NCBI RefSeq assembly: GCF_001194135.2
Contig: NC_068984.1
Location: forward strand, 103,743,477-103,807,476
DNA: 64,000 nucleotides
DNA from: Octopus bimaculoides
Taxonomy: Eukaryota
Direction: 5' to 3'
The position numbers were made by a program, and so were the translations under genes. The notes beneath the pieces were generated by a model. It worked only from the letters and a program-made list of their open reading frames with translations. It was not told the DNA's origin and did not search any database. Position 1 is the stretch's first letter; each line of letters starts with the position of its first letter. Of the stretch, positions 62,021 through 64,000 are shown piece by piece.

Positions 62021-64000
62021 AAAAAATATTATACCGGGATTAAGTAATCTAGCTTCAAATATTCACAGGAAACTAATTAGAAACGAGAAATACATTTGTC
62101 GAAATGTGTAAAAAAAACATAACGTAATCTCTAGAAACAGTATAATGTTTTTCGGTGTGTATTAAAGTCATTTTTTCCTTTTAAACGTGGTGTATATTAA
62201 TGTATCATAAGTTACGTAAGGAACTGAAAACTGTTTCAAAGGTTATTCAAAACAACTAAGAACGTAATGTTTTGATTTCTTGAGTATGATGTACTGCATT
62301 AGTTACTACAAGTTTAGTGGAGTGTAAAATCATCAAATGTGATAGGGATACATTGGAGAGCTAAATTATTCATACAAGTGCAAAAATATTTTCAAAAATG
62401 TATTTTGCTTCATAATATTTAACAGTTGCTCGTCTGCATAACTTTGACGTTTGTTATGGAGCATGGATAATGGATAGTTAACCGAAAACACATCTATATT
62501 CGTTTAGTGCTGCATTCACTTACTACTACGAATTGAATTTTAAAAGAATAGAATAAATTTTTTTAAATCTCAACCTCTCAGTTAATCTCTTTCGGTATTA
62601 ATATTTCTAAGACAATAAAATATTTATTTCGGAATGGAAAAAATATGAATAAAAGGAAATCAGATGAGGCAGGCACGCTACCTCAGTTACTCATGATGCC
62701 AGGAAAAACTGATGTTCCTCTCCTTAAATTTTTGAGACAAGTGAAAATACTGATGATATTAAAGCAGGAGTTTGTGAAGATGAGGCGCTGGAGCAGTTAT
62801 GGTCAGCGAGGCAGAACACAAACGAAGTCAAAAGCACTTCATGGTCAACTGCTCAGAACCGACCAATATCTCAAAAGACTGCCTGAAAATTTTTTAAATT
62901 ACATTTTTGGCAATGGAATATTTAAAAAAAAAAAAACAATATCACATTTTCACGGCTGTTACGGCTTACTTTCGGTTTGTGATCACAAAGGGAAAGTGGA
63001 AAATCTACCCGGTTATGTCCAGGCGGACGTGTCGAATAAGAACATCCCTCCCATTAACCTTTCTTTCTCCAAAATTTTTTTACGGATTTCTTTATTTTCA
63101 ACCATGAAGATAAAGATTGCGAATTTTTAATCCTTGGCCCCTATCCAATTTTTTTCGTGATTTTTTTTTCTTTTGTTTTTTTTTTTGTTTTTTTCTAAGT
63201 CAGGAGGATCNNNNNNNNNNTTCCCTCAGAACTTTTAGGAAAATGGGGATTTTTTTTAGTGAAATTTTATATAAATACCTTTCAAACGGCATAGATTACG
63301 ATTATAAAGACATTTGTGAGTAAAATCTTTTCCGAGGGGGTGGGGAGAGAACTTCGGAAAATTCACAAGATCCGATTTTTTCCTTCGTAACTTTAAAGAA
63401 AACGGATATCTTTTAATGAAATTGTATATAAATACCTTTCAAACAACATGCATCACGGTTGCCTAATGTGCCATAAACACCTTATTTTGTTTGGAAAAAA
63501 AAAGGTGGGGGAACCCCAAAAAATGCATTTTTGAAGAAGTGCAAAACTGCATTAGCCCCTTTTCTTTACCCATATTTTAGGATAACATTTTGAAGAAATA
63601 CGTTTTCTAGAGTGTGGATTACATTACATTGAAAATTCAAAGAAGTTTGAAAAGAATAATAAATGAAAATACTGAAGTTATAAAAATTAGTGGTAACAAA
63701 GTCAGGACAGGTGGGAAAAAGAATGATACAAAATCCTTACAAAAACCACATTAGTGTTTGTGTGTTTGAGAAACAAGTAAAAGTATAAAATTAAAACAAA
63801 ATATCTTTTCCATACCTCTTAAAAATCACTGGATATATTAATCCCAGATTGCAGATTGTGACACTGTAATTCATTCATCAAAAAAGAGAAAAACATTTTC
63901 CAATAATTCTGGTTACTCCCCACCCCATTTTTCCGAACAAAAATAAGGGGTTTGCGGCACATTAGGCATCTGTAAAGCATGCTGTTTGAAAGGTATATAT

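Noticed and set aside
61902-62111. Plus-strand ORF overlapping TMEM70 exon 1
   Set aside because: Antisense shadow of the coding exon.
62645-63130. 161-aa ORF as a divergent gene
   Set aside because: No recognisable domain or clear splice structure, and the 3' half runs into repeat-like and poly-A sequence.

Overview
AT-rich eukaryotic genomic DNA, probably cephalopod and Octopus-like (inferred from the SINE/RTE repertoire and (TA)n microsatellites). Assembly gaps lie at 346-445, 1050-1795, 8565-8975, 26571-27179, 58511-58672 and 63211-63220. Two host genes converge. (1) The 3' part of a large type III (DN-cadherin-like) classical cadherin on +: 18 exons from 2068 to the stop at 45441, all GT-AG and phase-consistent, about 1250 aa. 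It encodes the last cadherin repeats, the nonchordate/SEA domain, EGF-LamG-EGF-LamG-EGF-EGF, a TM segment and a catenin-binding tail. (2) A complete two-exon TMEM70 on - (62020..59459). Introns and spacer are packed with degenerate RTE LINEs, several tRNA-derived SINE families, four distinct Tc1/mariner relics, piggyBac-like and hAT-like MITEs and microsatellites. The most interesting signal is a small repeat family seen at three loci (4140-4690, 35593-35825, 53592-53884). It joins a tRNA-like Pol III head to a minimal type-I hammerhead ribozyme and a Penelope-like (PLE) terminal sequence. It occurs as fold-back palindromes, and one copy abuts a PLE reverse-transcriptase fragment. All calls were read by eye; no searches or folding programs were run.
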